Assembly (NCBI GenBank): GCA_016839945.1
Contig: JAEOTE010000072.1
Coordinates: forward strand, 1 to 28,637
Length of the DNA: 28,637 nucleotides
DNA from: Candidatus Heimdallarchaeota archaeon
GTDB taxonomy: Archaea > Asgardarchaeota > Heimdallarchaeia > Heimdallarchaeales > Heimdallarchaeaceae
Reading direction: 5' to 3'
Of this stretch, positions 8,243-18,282 are shown piece by piece (positions within the stretch are counted from its first letter, which is position 1; each line of letters opens with the position of its first letter). The notes beneath the pieces were generated by a model. The model did no database searches. It saw only the letters and a program-made list of their open reading frames with translations, and was not told where the DNA came from. The position numbers and the translations under genes were made by a program.

Positions 8243-9739
8243 ATGTCATCTACAGAGATAACATTTGAGAAATACAAATCCATCAAAGAAAATGCAGAAG
8301 AAGTAGCTAATTATCTTACTAAATTGGAAGATAATTTACTTGTTATAACACAAGGCAATCCAGATGATTTATGTGCTGCTGGAATATTAATGAAATGTTT
8401 TCATGAAATAAAGTTAGGATGCCATACTATCATTTCAGATAACACAGCTACTTTATCAAAAAAAATAAAGAAACTTACTTATTCCAATATGCTTTTTATC
8501 GGCATCCATATAGACGATATTCCTTCTGAAATCTTAAAAGAAAAAAATGTGTATGTTATTAATCATAAACTAAGTCTTAAAGAAAAACGAAAAAAAATAG
8601 ACGAAAACGTAAAAATCCTATCTCTTGAAGAAATCGATTTACCAGAAGAAGTAATATCTAATGCTGGTCTCACTTATTTTATTGCTTCTGGATTATTAGA
8701 TGATTATCAAAAATTTTCAGTATTAGGGATTATTGGGGCTCTTTTCAAGAAACAAACAAACCCTAAAAATCAAGAATTAAATGGTCTAAACAAATATATT
8801 AGAGATGATGGTAAGGAAAAAGAATATCTCTCAATAAAAAAAGGTACTAGAATACCAGGCAGAGAGAGTCAACCTATACATTTAGCTTTAATGTATTCTT
8901 TAAATCCATACTTCCCTGGTTTGACAGGAAACGAAGGGGCATGCACAAAATTTGTTTCGCGTTTAGATATAAAGATGCGGGATCAAAAGGATAATTGGAG
9001 AACGATTTCTTCACTTACTTCAAAGGAAACAAAAGCACTGAATGATGCTCTAATTGCATTGCTTATGAAGAATGACTCACAACCAATAACTGATATCTAC
9101 AAGTTGATTGGGCCGATTTACATTCTAAACAAAGAACAAGAAAATAATCAAACCCGAAATGCAGAAGAATATCTATGGCTTTTGGAAGGAGCTTGCCAGA
9201 TGAAACTATATGGTTTAGCTCTAGCAGTAATCTTAGGAGACAGATCAAATCGATATGATAATCTTCAAAGAGAATTAAGCAATTATCATGGAAAGGCAAC
9301 TCAGATAATTGAAGAGATATCAAATAATCCTGAGAAAATAGAGGATGAGGGACTATATCGTATTATAAACGGAAGTGATGTCTTCAAAAAGGAAAGCGCA
9401 TTTCTTGTTATGAATGCATTAATTGAAAGTAGCACGATTCCAATAGATAAACCACTTTTCATGCACATAGAAGAAAAAAATTCCATAATTCTTTATGTTC
9501 GAGAATCACCAACTCAAATTCAGAGAGGTCATTTACTCTTGCACTTGTTTTTAGAGCTTGAAAAGGAAAAAACTGTTTTGGAATTAAGAGGAGATTTTGA
9601 ATCTTTCATTGTTAAGATAGAAAAAGAAAATTTCAAGCAAGCTTTGAAGAAAATAAAAGAAAGCTTAGAGTATCAGCAGAAGGGTGTTAAAAAGAACACT
9701 GGAAAAACTGTTTCAAATGGTAGTGTTGAAAAGAAGTAG
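8243..9739 (+). CDS. RecJ/DHH-family GAN/Cdc45 homologue with degenerate catalytic motifs
   Basis: Conserved uS15-GAN-Pcc1-eS1 context and the GAN-type segment GRESQPIHLALMYSLNPYFPGLTG...WRT. DHH motifs are altered (QGNPDD, INHK). The ATG at 8243 follows GGTGA; an alternative start is 8231. Confidence 0.82.
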   Translation: MSSTEITFEKYKSIKENAEEVANYLTKLEDNLLVITQGNPDDLCAAGILMKCFHEIKLGCHTIISDNTATLSKKIKKLTYSNMLFIGIHIDDIPSEILKEKNVYVINHKLSLKEKRKKIDENVKILSLEEIDLPEEVISNAGLTYFIASGLLDDYQKFSVLGIIGALFKKQTNPKNQELNGLNKYIRDDGKEKEYLSIKKGTRIPGRESQPIHLALMYSLNPYFPGLTGNEGACTKFVSRLDIKMRDQKDNWRTISSLTSKETKALNDALIALLMKNDSQPITDIYKLIGPIYILNKEQENNQTRNAEEYLWLLEGACQMKLYGLALAVILGDRSNRYDNLQRELSNYHGKATQIIEEISNNPEKIEDEGLYRIINGSDVFKKESAFLVMNALIESSTIPIDKPLFMHIEEKNSIILYVRESPTQIQRGHLLLHLFLELEKEKTVLELRGDFESFIVKIEKENFKQALKKIKESLEYQQKGVKKNTGKTVSNGSVEKK

Positions 9740-9745
9740 AAGATT

Positions 9746-10000
9746 ATGAGTACTAGTAATATACAAGCAAAGATAATGATAACTTGTTCTAATGAAAAAA
9801 TTTCTAAAATTATAACAAAAAGTCTAGAACCTGAAAACAAAGAACTTACTAAAACAGATATAGAAACAAAGACAGAAGCTGAAACTGTTATAATTAATAT
9901 AAAATCTAAATCAAGCATTTCATCATTTAGACATACAGTAGATGACATAATACACACAATAGCAGTGATTGAGAAGGTTTACAATACTGTTAAAAATTGA
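9746..10000 (+). CDS. pcc1: KEOPS complex subunit Pcc1
   Basis: Size (84 aa), KSLEPEN and SSFRHTVDD motifs, and position between GAN and eS1. Confidence 0.85.
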   Translation: MSTSNIQAKIMITCSNEKISKIITKSLEPENKELTKTDIETKTEAETVIINIKSKSSISSFRHTVDDIIHTIAVIEKVYNTVKN

Positions 10001-10091
10001 AAATATCATTAATTCTTTTTGATATCTTCTTAATCATAATATTTAAAACCAAAAGAAAGAAGGAAAAACCAACATATTAGAGGTTAAGTCT

Positions 10092-10727
10092 TTGTCATCT
10101 CGTAGACCAACACGTAAAGGAAAAGGAAAAACCAAGGTTGTTGACAAATGGAAGGAAAAATCATGGTTTGAAGTCATGGCTCCAGAGTACATTGTTGAAA
10201 AATCCCTTGGAGAAACACCAGCTAGTGAACCTGAAAAGCTCTATGGAAGAGTTATTGAAATGGCTAAACTTGGTGTTGCTAATGATTTATATTATGACAT
10301 AAATTTAAAAATAAGATTTAGAATAACAAGTGTCGAAGGCAATATTTGTAGAACAGAATTTGCTGGACATGAAGTTGCTAAAGAGCAAATAAGATCTCAA
10401 ATTAGAAGAAATAGATCCAAAATAGAAGCTATTCAGAATGTGACTACAAAAGATAAAGCAAAATTAAGAGTATCATCAATAGTTGTTACTCCTATGAGAT
10501 GTGGAACAAGCACTAAAAAAATAGTTCGACAAGCGCTTTTTGATATAATTACAAAAACAAGTAAAAAACAAAACTTTGTTAATTTTGCACAAAATATTGT
10601 AAATGGTTCTGTTTCTTTAGAAATGAAAGAAGCAGTAAATAAAATATATCCTGTTGTTTTAGTTGATGTGAGAAAAAGTAAGGTTTTGTCCTTACCAGAT
10701 AAGAAAGGAGCAACTGCAGCTTCTTGA
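10092..10727 (+). CDS. rps3ae: 30S ribosomal protein S3Ae (eS1)
   Basis: DKWKEKSWFEVMAP, GRVIE, IRRNRSKIEA and KIYPV...VRKSKVL motifs; TTG start. Confidence 0.96.
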   Translation: MSSRRPTRKGKGKTKVVDKWKEKSWFEVMAPEYIVEKSLGETPASEPEKLYGRVIEMAKLGVANDLYYDINLKIRFRITSVEGNICRTEFAGHEVAKEQIRSQIRRNRSKIEAIQNVTTKDKAKLRVSSIVVTPMRCGTSTKKIVRQALFDIITKTSKKQNFVNFAQNIVNGSVSLEMKEAVNKIYPVVLVDVRKSKVLSLPDKKGATAAS

Positions 10728-10775
10728 TATCATTCTTTTTCTAACAATAACAGTAGATTTTCAGATTTTTAATAG

Positions 10776-11975
10776 TCATTTTGCTGTAGAAACAATTTTC
10801 AGAATGTCATTGTTTTTTAATTCATAATCAGCGCCTACACGCATACCAGAAGGAGCTAGTTGACCGTGAATGAAATTTGCTGCAAAATCAGTATGAATTT
10901 TAGCTGCAAAATCAATAGCTGTAGTTCCCTTTGGTACAAGAAAAGCATCAGGAAGAACGTTTCCCGATTTATCAGTAAGTTTTGAAGTATCTTCAACTGG
11001 ATATGCTACAATCATATCTAAGAGCTTGAAAACAACGTAATCCAAAACATCTTGTACTCCAGTAGATTCATATTTCTCAAGTAAGTCTTTCTTGATTTTT
11101 TGTAGAAGAGCTTCTTTATTACTCCCAAGTTTCTCTTTATCAGTTATTTCGAAAGTAGATTCACCTATTGAGTAAGTAATTGTCTTACTTTCATGTTCTG
11201 ATCGGAGAAAAACTTCTGCTAAAGCAGAAACAGGAAATACTTCTGTGTCAAGATTTTCTTTCATCTGAAGATATTTATTATGAGCTGTAGGTTGATCGAT
11301 TTTATTCGCAACTATAACAATAGGTTTAGCTTTTTTACGTATAGTTGTTACTAATTCCTTTAATTTATCATCCCATGTTGAAGTATCATCATCAATCATT
11401 CCAACTTCTCTAATAGATTCCTCAACAACATGTTTTTTTATTGCTAATCCTGTTAATTTTTCATACAACAAAACAGAAAATTTTAACTTTTCTGCTGAAG
11501 CCTTTTTCTTCATCATTACATAATCTCTTTGTATAATTGCATAAATCCAAGCATCAATCTCTTCTTCTAGGAATTCTACATCAGCCATTGGATCCCAACT
11601 TCCTTTATCCACTTGGTTTCCTTCAGCATCTAATGATCCACTTGAGTCAACAACATGAATAAGAACATCTGCTTGGCGTAAATCATCAAGAAATTTGTTA
11701 CCCAAACCTCGACCTTCAGAAGCTCCTGGAACTAAGCCTGCGACATCTAAAAATTGAACAGGAAGAAAACGTATTCCATCCTCACATCTTGAATTCTTTG
11801 GATTGTCAGTAACTCCATGCTCTTTGCACACACAGGGACTTCTAACATATGCTGTACCCCGATTTGGATCTATAGTTGTAAATGGATAATCACCAACTTT
11901 TGCACCTACCATTGTTAGTGCGTTTAGAAAAGTACTTTTTCCACAACTAGGTTTTCCTACTATACCAATTAACAT
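10776..11975 (-). CDS. Obg/YchF-family translation-associated GTPase (archaeal YGR210-like) with TGS domain
   Basis: [45 protein letters not shown] and the C-terminal TGS segment AAKIHTDF. Confidence 0.92.
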   Translation of the reverse strand: MLIGIVGKPSCGKSTFLNALTMVGAKVGDYPFTTIDPNRGTAYVRSPCVCKEHGVTDNPKNSRCEDGIRFLPVQFLDVAGLVPGASEGRGLGNKFLDDLRQADVLIHVVDSSGSLDAEGNQVDKGSWDPMADVEFLEEEIDAWIYAIIQRDYVMMKKKASAEKLKFSVLLYEKLTGLAIKKHVVEESIREVGMIDDDTSTWDDKLKELVTTIRKKAKPIVIVANKIDQPTAHNKYLQMKENLDTEVFPVSALAEVFLRSEHESKTITYSIGESTFEITDKEKLGSNKEALLQKIKKDLLEKYESTGVQDVLDYVVFKLLDMIVAYPVEDTSKLTDKSGNVLPDAFLVPKGTTAIDFAAKIHTDFAANFIHGQLAPSGMRVGADYELKNNDILKIVSTAK

Positions 11976-12091
11976 TGATTAAAATTCAGATTACTTGAAT
12001 AAAGGTTTTTTGCATTGTTTTTCTTCTATAAATTGAAGAAAAAATGGTTTCAATCTCAATCTTTTTTAGTTGATTTAGTTTTGTTTGAATT

Positions 12092-12448
12092 ATGGAAAGA
12101 AAAAGACGGAAAATTGATGAATTCGAAGAGACAGAAAAAGAATTCAAAGAGCATTTTCCTGTACTTTACAGAGAAATAGCAGAAGGCGAGATAAATCTTG
12201 AAGAAGAAGAATCTCGCACTAAACTAGGATCTAAAAAATCAAGAAAATTTCAAGGGTATATGCCAGGAATAATCGACTTCATATGCCGTTGTAAAACAGA
12301 ATCAGAAGCTCTTGAAATAATAGAATATATGTTAAGTAAGGGAGAGATTACTGAAGATTATGCTTTATCACTAAAAGAGCATTTGAAAGACAAAGGATTA
12401 GAATTTTTCGGAGAACATAGATCTCCAGGGTTCTATGAAAGAGCATGA
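12092..12448 (+). CDS. DUF2095-like conserved archaeal protein
   Basis: EFKEHFPVLYREI, GYMPGIIDFICRC...EALEIIEY...GEIT and FGEHRSPGFY motifs recognised from the family. Confidence 0.8.
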   Translation: MERKRRKIDEFEETEKEFKEHFPVLYREIAEGEINLEEEESRTKLGSKKSRKFQGYMPGIIDFICRCKTESEALEIIEYMLSKGEITEDYALSLKEHLKDKGLEFFGEHRSPGFYERA

Positions 12449-12476
12449 TTTGTTATAAAATAAAGAAAGAGAAGGA

Positions 12477-13700
12477 TTATTTTTTATCCTCATCATTTAT
12501 ATTGTAAGCAATTTCACCATTGATAAAAGTTAACTTGTTTTTAGCATAGAAATTCTCTATTGGGTGATCGGACCAGATAACAATATCTGCATCTTTACCT
12601 ACTTCCAAGCTCCCTATTCTATCTTCAGCATTTATCATTTCTGCAGCATTAATTGTTACTGTTTTCAAAGCTTCATTTAACGGTAAACCTTCCTTATAAG
12701 CCATGCAAGGTAGAATGGAAAAGTAACGAAGACGTGTAAAGGAATCACTTTGGATTGAAATCTTAACTCCTGCTTTCCATAATAAGTAAGGAGTTTCAAA
12801 AGTTATGTTTCGCAGTTCAACTTTCTCAAAACCAACTAGGGAGGGGCCAATTGAGCAAGGAACATCCTTCTTAGCAAGATAATCTGCAATTTTGTGCCCT
12901 TCAGTTGCATGGATTAAGACTAAATCAATACCGAATTCTTCTGTAAGACGAATAGCTGTTACAATATCATTTGTTTGGTGACAATGGAAGTTTAAAGGTA
13001 TCTCTTTACTAAGAACTTTTACTAAAGTCTCTTTACTTAAATCTCGTTCTGGTTTTTCTGGAATTTTATCTCCATTTTCTTCTGCTAGTTTCTTTTTTAG
13101 CTCATACTCTTTCCATTTGTTATTATAATTTTGAGCTTCAACAAATGCTTTTCGAAAAACAGCTGCGGTTCCCATTCTTGTAGATGGGAGTTTCTTATCT
13201 GTTCCATATACTCTCTTCGGATTCTCACCAAGTGCTGCTTTTAGAGATGAGGGAGTATGTACCAAAAGATCATCAACAATCTTGCTTTTGCAGTATGTCT
13301 TTATAATTGAATTAGTTCCACCAATAACATTTCCACTACCCGGTCCTGTTTGAATTGTTGTAACACCACCTATACGTGCTTCTACTAGTCCAGGATCTTC
13401 TGGATTTATAGCATCTATTGCTCTTACTATAGCAGTATTGGGATCAGTCATTTCATTACCATCAAAACCAGCCCAACCTACAGAACCATCAAAAAGTCCT
13501 TGGTGAGTATGGGAGTCTATAAAACCAGGTAAAATATGATTTCCTTCAGCATTAATTATCTTATAATCTTCAGATACTGAAGCATCTCCTTCTAAAATTG
13601 CTTCAATTTTCCCTTCTTTTATAAGAATAGTACCTTTATCTATTATTTTTTCTTCTTTATTAACAGTGTAAATTTTCCCTTTTACAATTGCGTATTTCAT
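12477..13700 (-). CDS. Metal-dependent amidohydrolase (imidazolonepropionase-like)
   Basis: PGFIDSHTH, KAALGENPKRVYG...TRMG, HCH, HATEG and GSLEVGKDADIVIWS motifs. Confidence 0.9.
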   Translation of the reverse strand: MKYAIVKGKIYTVNKEEKIIDKGTILIKEGKIEAILEGDASVSEDYKIINAEGNHILPGFIDSHTHQGLFDGSVGWAGFDGNEMTDPNTAIVRAIDAINPEDPGLVEARIGGVTTIQTGPGSGNVIGGTNSIIKTYCKSKIVDDLLVHTPSSLKAALGENPKRVYGTDKKLPSTRMGTAAVFRKAFVEAQNYNNKWKEYELKKKLAEENGDKIPEKPERDLSKETLVKVLSKEIPLNFHCHQTNDIVTAIRLTEEFGIDLVLIHATEGHKIADYLAKKDVPCSIGPSLVGFEKVELRNITFETPYLLWKAGVKISIQSDSFTRLRYFSILPCMAYKEGLPLNEALKTVTINAAEMINAEDRIGSLEVGKDADIVIWSDHPIENFYAKNKLTFINGEIAYNINDEDKK

Positions 13701-13839
13701 CTTGGAAAAAACTCTTCTAGGATAATTTTTAAACTGATTCCTTGGGATATATTCGAAATTTTAAGTATTTTTCTTAAATTTACGTTAATAGTCCTCAATT
13801 AGGGTAGAGTTTAAAAATCGAAAAGTATGTTTACCTTCA

Positions 13840-14187
13840 GTGAGTAATATGACTGTTAACCTTATTGACAGATTGAAAGAATTTGGTAAAGATATGAAAG
13901 ACTGGGAAGAAATGAAAACAAGCGTAGAAGGAGTAATCATAACTAAAATGCCTACAAAAGGTGATGATCTTAATTTTGGATTGAAAATTATTCCTATGAG
14001 TAAAGATGGGAAACCATTAAAACGAAGAGAAAAGGCATTGTTTATCACTTCCTTAGAACAATGGGAAGCTTTCAAAGAAATCTTCAATGATCCCAAGGGA
14101 TTTGACTTAATATCAAATATCGATAATTTAAGAGGACCAAGAGCTCAAGAAAAAGAAGAAGAATCAGAAGAAGTTTTTGAAATTTAA
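13840..14187 (+). CDS. Conserved archaeal hypothetical protein with acidic tail
   Basis: Clean ORF heading the GlmU operon; MKDWE...TSVEGVIITKMP...GKPLKRR; tail EEESEEVFEI. Confidence 0.7.
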   Translation: MSNMTVNLIDRLKEFGKDMKDWEEMKTSVEGVIITKMPTKGDDLNFGLKIIPMSKDGKPLKRREKALFITSLEQWEAFKEIFNDPKGFDLISNIDNLRGPRAQEKEEESEEVFEI

Positions 14188-14209
14188 CTTATTTGAGTTG
14201 AATCAAAAT

Positions 14210-15511
14210 ATGAAAGCTGTTCTCTTTGCTGCAGGAGAAGGCCTAAGGCTTAGGCCTTTAACAGATAAAACACCAAAACCTTTGTTGAATATTCTTGGTA
14301 AATCGATATTGGAAAGACTAATAGAAAATCTTTCTAAATGTGGTATAAACGATTTTATTATTATTACAAATTATAAAGAAGAGAATATAAAAAAACACAT
14401 AAGTGAAAAGTTTTCTGATAAAAAAATTTCTTATATTCATCAAGAAGAGATAAAGGGAACTGCTAATGCATTATTCTTGGCAAAAAAACTAATAGATGAC
14501 GATTTTTTTATTGCATCAAATGGAGATTGTTTATTCTCCTTCCCATTAGTAGAAAAAACCGTCAAAGCTGCAAAAAACGAAACTATCTCCATTGGTGGAA
14601 AATTAACAAAGAACACAGAAAACTATGGAATAGTTATAACAACTAAAAAAGGTAGTATAGAAAATATAATTGAGAAACCTTTGAAAGAAGATATATCAGA
14701 AGGTTACGCTAATATTGGAATATACAGTTTAAGTCAAGATATCTTTTCAATTATTGATGAGATGGAGAAAAACAAACAGACTTCACCTCGCGGTGAATAT
14801 GAAATAACATATGCAATCAATCAATTATTAAAAACAAACAAATATCCTTCAATTTTAGTCAAAGCTGATGAAGCAGACTATTGGTTTGACATTGGACGTC
14901 CTTGGGATTTACTAGAAGCAAAAAAAGAGATAATGGAAGATTATTCTGATTCTCGAGAAGGAGAAATTCAAGAAAATGTACATATTGAGAACAAAGTAAT
15001 AATAAAGAAGAATTCACTTATTAAAAGTGGAGCATATATAGAAGGCCCAGTTTTCATTGATGAAGGAGCGATTGTTGGGCCTAATTGTTATATTCGAAAA
15101 TATACTTACATCGGTAAAGAAGCTAGAATAGGCAATGGATGTGAAGTTAAAAACTCAATAATTGGAGATAATGTCCATGCCGCACATTTATCTTATATAG
15201 GTGATACTATCATTAGCCCCAATTGTAATTTAGGGGCAGGAACAATAACTGCAAATCTGCGGTTAGATAAAAAAACTATTCCAGTAATTGTGAAAGGTAA
15301 AAAAGAAGATAGCAATCGCAGAAAACTGGGGGCTATAATAGGTGAAGATGTTGAAACAGGCATTGGAGCTTTAATTATGCCAGGAATTAAAATTGGCAGT
15401 AATTCATGGATTGGAGCAGGTGCAATTGTGAATGAAGATGTTCCATCAGAAACAATATATTATGTCACTCAAAAGTACACCTTGAAAAGGAAAAGAAAAA
15501 ATGCTGATTAA
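14210..15511 (+). CDS. glmU: Bifunctional sugar-1-phosphate nucleotidylyltransferase/acetyltransferase (archaeal GlmU type)
   Basis: AAGEGLRLRPLT...PKPL, EKP, SPRGEYEIT, hexapeptide repeats, HLSYIGD and NLGAGTITANLR. The ATG at 14210 is preferred. Confidence 0.9.
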   Translation: MKAVLFAAGEGLRLRPLTDKTPKPLLNILGKSILERLIENLSKCGINDFIIITNYKEENIKKHISEKFSDKKISYIHQEEIKGTANALFLAKKLIDDDFFIASNGDCLFSFPLVEKTVKAAKNETISIGGKLTKNTENYGIVITTKKGSIENIIEKPLKEDISEGYANIGIYSLSQDIFSIIDEMEKNKQTSPRGEYEITYAINQLLKTNKYPSILVKADEADYWFDIGRPWDLLEAKKEIMEDYSDSREGEIQENVHIENKVIIKKNSLIKSGAYIEGPVFIDEGAIVGPNCYIRKYTYIGKEARIGNGCEVKNSIIGDNVHAAHLSYIGDTIISPNCNLGAGTITANLRLDKKTIPVIVKGKKEDSNRRKLGAIIGEDVETGIGALIMPGIKIGSNSWIGAGAIVNEDVPSETIYYVTQKYTLKRKRKNAD

Positions 15512-17117
15512 AGAACAAAATGCCATTAGAAAAAGCTGGACTCCAGATAAAATAAAAATTGGTCTCATCTATCCAAATACGTATAGAGTTGGAATGACTA
15601 GTTTAGGAGTACAGTTGTTGTATTTTCTTTTTAATAAATGGGAAAATTTCATTTGTGAGAGAATATTCAAACCACTTAATCCGAAAACAAATCCTTATTC
15701 ATTAGAAAATCAAAAGAAATTACAAGATTTTGATGTTCTCGCAATTTCATGTCAGTTTGAGCACGATTATGTAGAAGCTATTAATCTTCTTTATAGAGGA
15801 GACGTTAATCCTGATGCACGCTTAAGAAAGGATGATGAACCTTTAATTATTGTTGGAGGTCCTTCACCTACAGCAAACCCATTTGCAGCTCTTTTTCTTG
15901 CTGATGCTTTTTTCTTAGGAGATATAGAACCAGTTGCAGAAAAAATAAGAACCGCTCTCGAGAATGATAGCAAATCAGACCAATTAGAATCTTTATCAAA
16001 AATACAAGGTATAATGGCTTTAGGGCATCATTATGATAACAATGGAAAATGGTTGGGGGATAAAGTTGAAAGAGTAAAAATTCAAGATTTATCAAACGCT
16101 TTTCACCCAATTAAGCAAATAATACCAGAAGATGTTAAAGGTACAAAAAACGAACCTATATTTGGAAAAGCTTTCTATCTTGAAACAGATAGAGGATGCT
16201 CTGAAAGATGTTTATTCTGTTTTATAGGACATTGTCATTTTCCTCGAGTGGGAAGAAGTATTGGAAGTTTAACTAAAATAATTGATCAAGCTAGCGAGGT
16301 CAATGATTTTGAAAGAGTGATAATATATGGTAGTGCGATAGCTCAATCTGGAACATTAGATGCTTTGCTAGAATACATCATAAACAAAGGATATGAAGTT
16401 TCATGCTCTTCATTTCGGGCGGATTATATAACAGAAGATCTTTTGAAAACTCTTAGAAAAGGAAGACAGAAAACAATTGCATTAGCTCCTGAAACAGGTG
16501 ATGAAGCACTTCGTTATGCAATAAACAAGAAAATAGAAAATAAAACTTTGCTATCCTCAATAAAACTTGCATGGGAAACAGGTTTTAGAAAACTAAAATT
16601 ATACATGATATATGGGTTCCCATGTGAAAAAGAAGATGCAAGAAGTGCTAATTTTAAATTTCTGAAAGACGTAAGAGAAAAATCCTTCCCCAGAGGAAAA
16701 ATATCTATTTCAATGAACCAATTTATTACGAAAGCTAATACTCCTTTTCAATTTTCAAAAATGAGTAGTGTTAAAGAATCCAAAGAGAATCAGAGCTGGT
16801 ATAAGAAAGCATTCTATCAACTAAAAAATATTGATTTATCACTCTATAATCCTGAATGGGCGATTGTTCAGAGGATACTCTCCTTAAGAGATCATTTGTA
16901 TTTTCCAATAGTGAAAGAAGTTGGTATGATTGGAAATACCATAGGAAACTGGAAAAAGAGTCTGAAAGCTGAGAATAAAAATTTCTTTGAAGAAAATGAG
17001 TGGAATTACCAAATTCAAGACTCATTACCTTGGGATAACATAAGTTATGTTCTCAAAAGGAAAAATTTGGTTTCAGCATACAAACGATTTCAAGAAATCA
17101 TGAATTGCCAAGAATAA
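15501..17117 (+). CDS. Radical SAM protein with a B12-binding-like N-terminal domain, function unknown
   Basis: CxxxCxxC motif RGCSERCLFC; YPNTYRVGMTSLG, IVGGP, APETG and KLYMIYG motifs; C-terminal LPWD. Confidence 0.88.
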   Translation: MLIKEQNAIRKSWTPDKIKIGLIYPNTYRVGMTSLGVQLLYFLFNKWENFICERIFKPLNPKTNPYSLENQKKLQDFDVLAISCQFEHDYVEAINLLYRGDVNPDARLRKDDEPLIIVGGPSPTANPFAALFLADAFFLGDIEPVAEKIRTALENDSKSDQLESLSKIQGIMALGHHYDNNGKWLGDKVERVKIQDLSNAFHPIKQIIPEDVKGTKNEPIFGKAFYLETDRGCSERCLFCFIGHCHFPRVGRSIGSLTKIIDQASEVNDFERVIIYGSAIAQSGTLDALLEYIINKGYEVSCSSFRADYITEDLLKTLRKGRQKTIALAPETGDEALRYAINKKIENKTLLSSIKLAWETGFRKLKLYMIYGFPCEKEDARSANFKFLKDVREKSFPRGKISISMNQFITKANTPFQFSKMSSVKESKENQSWYKKAFYQLKNIDLSLYNPEWAIVQRILSLRDHLYFPIVKEVGMIGNTIGNWKKSLKAENKNFFEENEWNYQIQDSLPWDNISYVLKRKNLVSAYKRFQEIMNCQE

Positions 17118-17162
17118 AAGAATGTCAAACAATTAATAAATCTTCAAGAATTGAGAGAGAAA

Positions 17163-17816
17163 ATGAAAATTAAATTTCCTAATAATTTAGAAGATGCTAG
17201 AAAATTACAAAAGTCATTAGCAAGCAAAGCTATAATCAAAGACACATTTACTAAAATTTCAACGATTTGTGCTCTTGATGTGGCCTATGAAGACACAATA
17301 GGACACGTTGCAGGAGTTGTTGTTGATGTTGACAAAAATAAAGTTATTGAGAAAAAAGTATATTCAGGTGAAATACCAGTTCCATATATTCCTACATTTC
17401 TCTTTTTAAGAGAAGTACCATTTTTCCTCAAACTTCTTCCTAAATTATCAACCTCTCCTGATTTATTTTTAATTGATGGTCATGGTATTGCTCATCCATT
17501 TTTTGCAGGATCTGCAACCATATTTGGTGTTATAGTTGATAAGCCAGCTATTGGTGTTGCTAAAAAGCCTTTACGAGGATTCAAAGATATAAAGAGTGAA
17601 AAAGTAGATTATAGTTATATAAGCATAAAAGACAAAGTTGTAGGGATAAAATACAGTGTAAAGGAGACTTGGAAACCAATATATATTTCTCCAGGTAACA
17701 GATGCTCTGTTGATACTTCCTTTGAAATCATTAAGAAACATTTGTCAACAAAACGGAAAATACCTTTACCACTCCATCTTGCTCACATAACTGCAGCAGA
17801 TGCAAAAAATCAATAA
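17163..17816 (+). CDS. nfi: Endonuclease V
   Basis: ALDVAY, PYIPTFLFLRE, LIDGHGIAHP, IGVAKK and PIYISPG motifs. Confidence 0.93.
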   Translation: MKIKFPNNLEDARKLQKSLASKAIIKDTFTKISTICALDVAYEDTIGHVAGVVVDVDKNKVIEKKVYSGEIPVPYIPTFLFLREVPFFLKLLPKLSTSPDLFLIDGHGIAHPFFAGSATIFGVIVDKPAIGVAKKPLRGFKDIKSEKVDYSYISIKDKVVGIKYSVKETWKPIYISPGNRCSVDTSFEIIKKHLSTKRKIPLPLHLAHITAADAKNQ

Positions 17817-17995
17817 AGATTCCTTTTAATAACAAATAATTCTTATGTATTGGTTTATGAAAGCAAAAAAGTAAACACAAATAATATCAGAGAATTATCA
17901 CCCAATCTAATCATGAATTCTTTCCTAGTTAAAAATATCCATATCACGGAAAGGCACGTGCAATAATACACAAATAAAATTTTGCAGTTGTATTC

Positions 17996-18013
17996 TTATT
18001 TGGCGCCAAATAA
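17996..18013. promoter_or_regulatory. 18-bp perfect palindrome TTATTTGGCGCCAAATAA
   Basis: Read directly; intergenic. Regulatory role is inferred. Confidence 0.5.
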
Positions 18014-18118
18014 TTGTAAATCAGAGAAAAATAAATTAGGCTTATATTATTATAATAAAATTTACTACGCCCCCAAAAAGAGGTAGAAGGGTGTTTAAAG
18101 GTTATGCTGCAATTTTTT

Positions 18119-18146
18119 AAAATATTCAAATGCATTTGAATATTTT
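18119..18146. promoter_or_regulatory. 28-bp perfect palindrome AAAATATTCAAATGCATTTGAATATTTT, candidate operator
   Basis: Read directly; upstream of the small wHTH regulator gene. Regulatory role is inferred. Confidence 0.55.
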
Positions 18147-18282
18147 TTTTGTATGTTTTGCTTGTGATTTGTATAAATTTGAAATTTAACCATTAAAACA
18201 AGATTTTGCGTTTCTAGTTGAAAACCAATTTTAAATAAACTTAAAAATAGAACTCTTCGTTTTTATCACAGTCTTAATAGAG

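Noticed and set aside
17944-18135. 63-aa ORF in the intergenic region
   Set aside because: Low-complexity AT-driven composition, no motif, and it overlaps the palindromes; probably spurious.
17817-18282. Replication origin
   Set aside because: No cdc6/orc1 gene nearby and only one weak mini-ORB-like string (TTCTAGTTGAAA near 18212).
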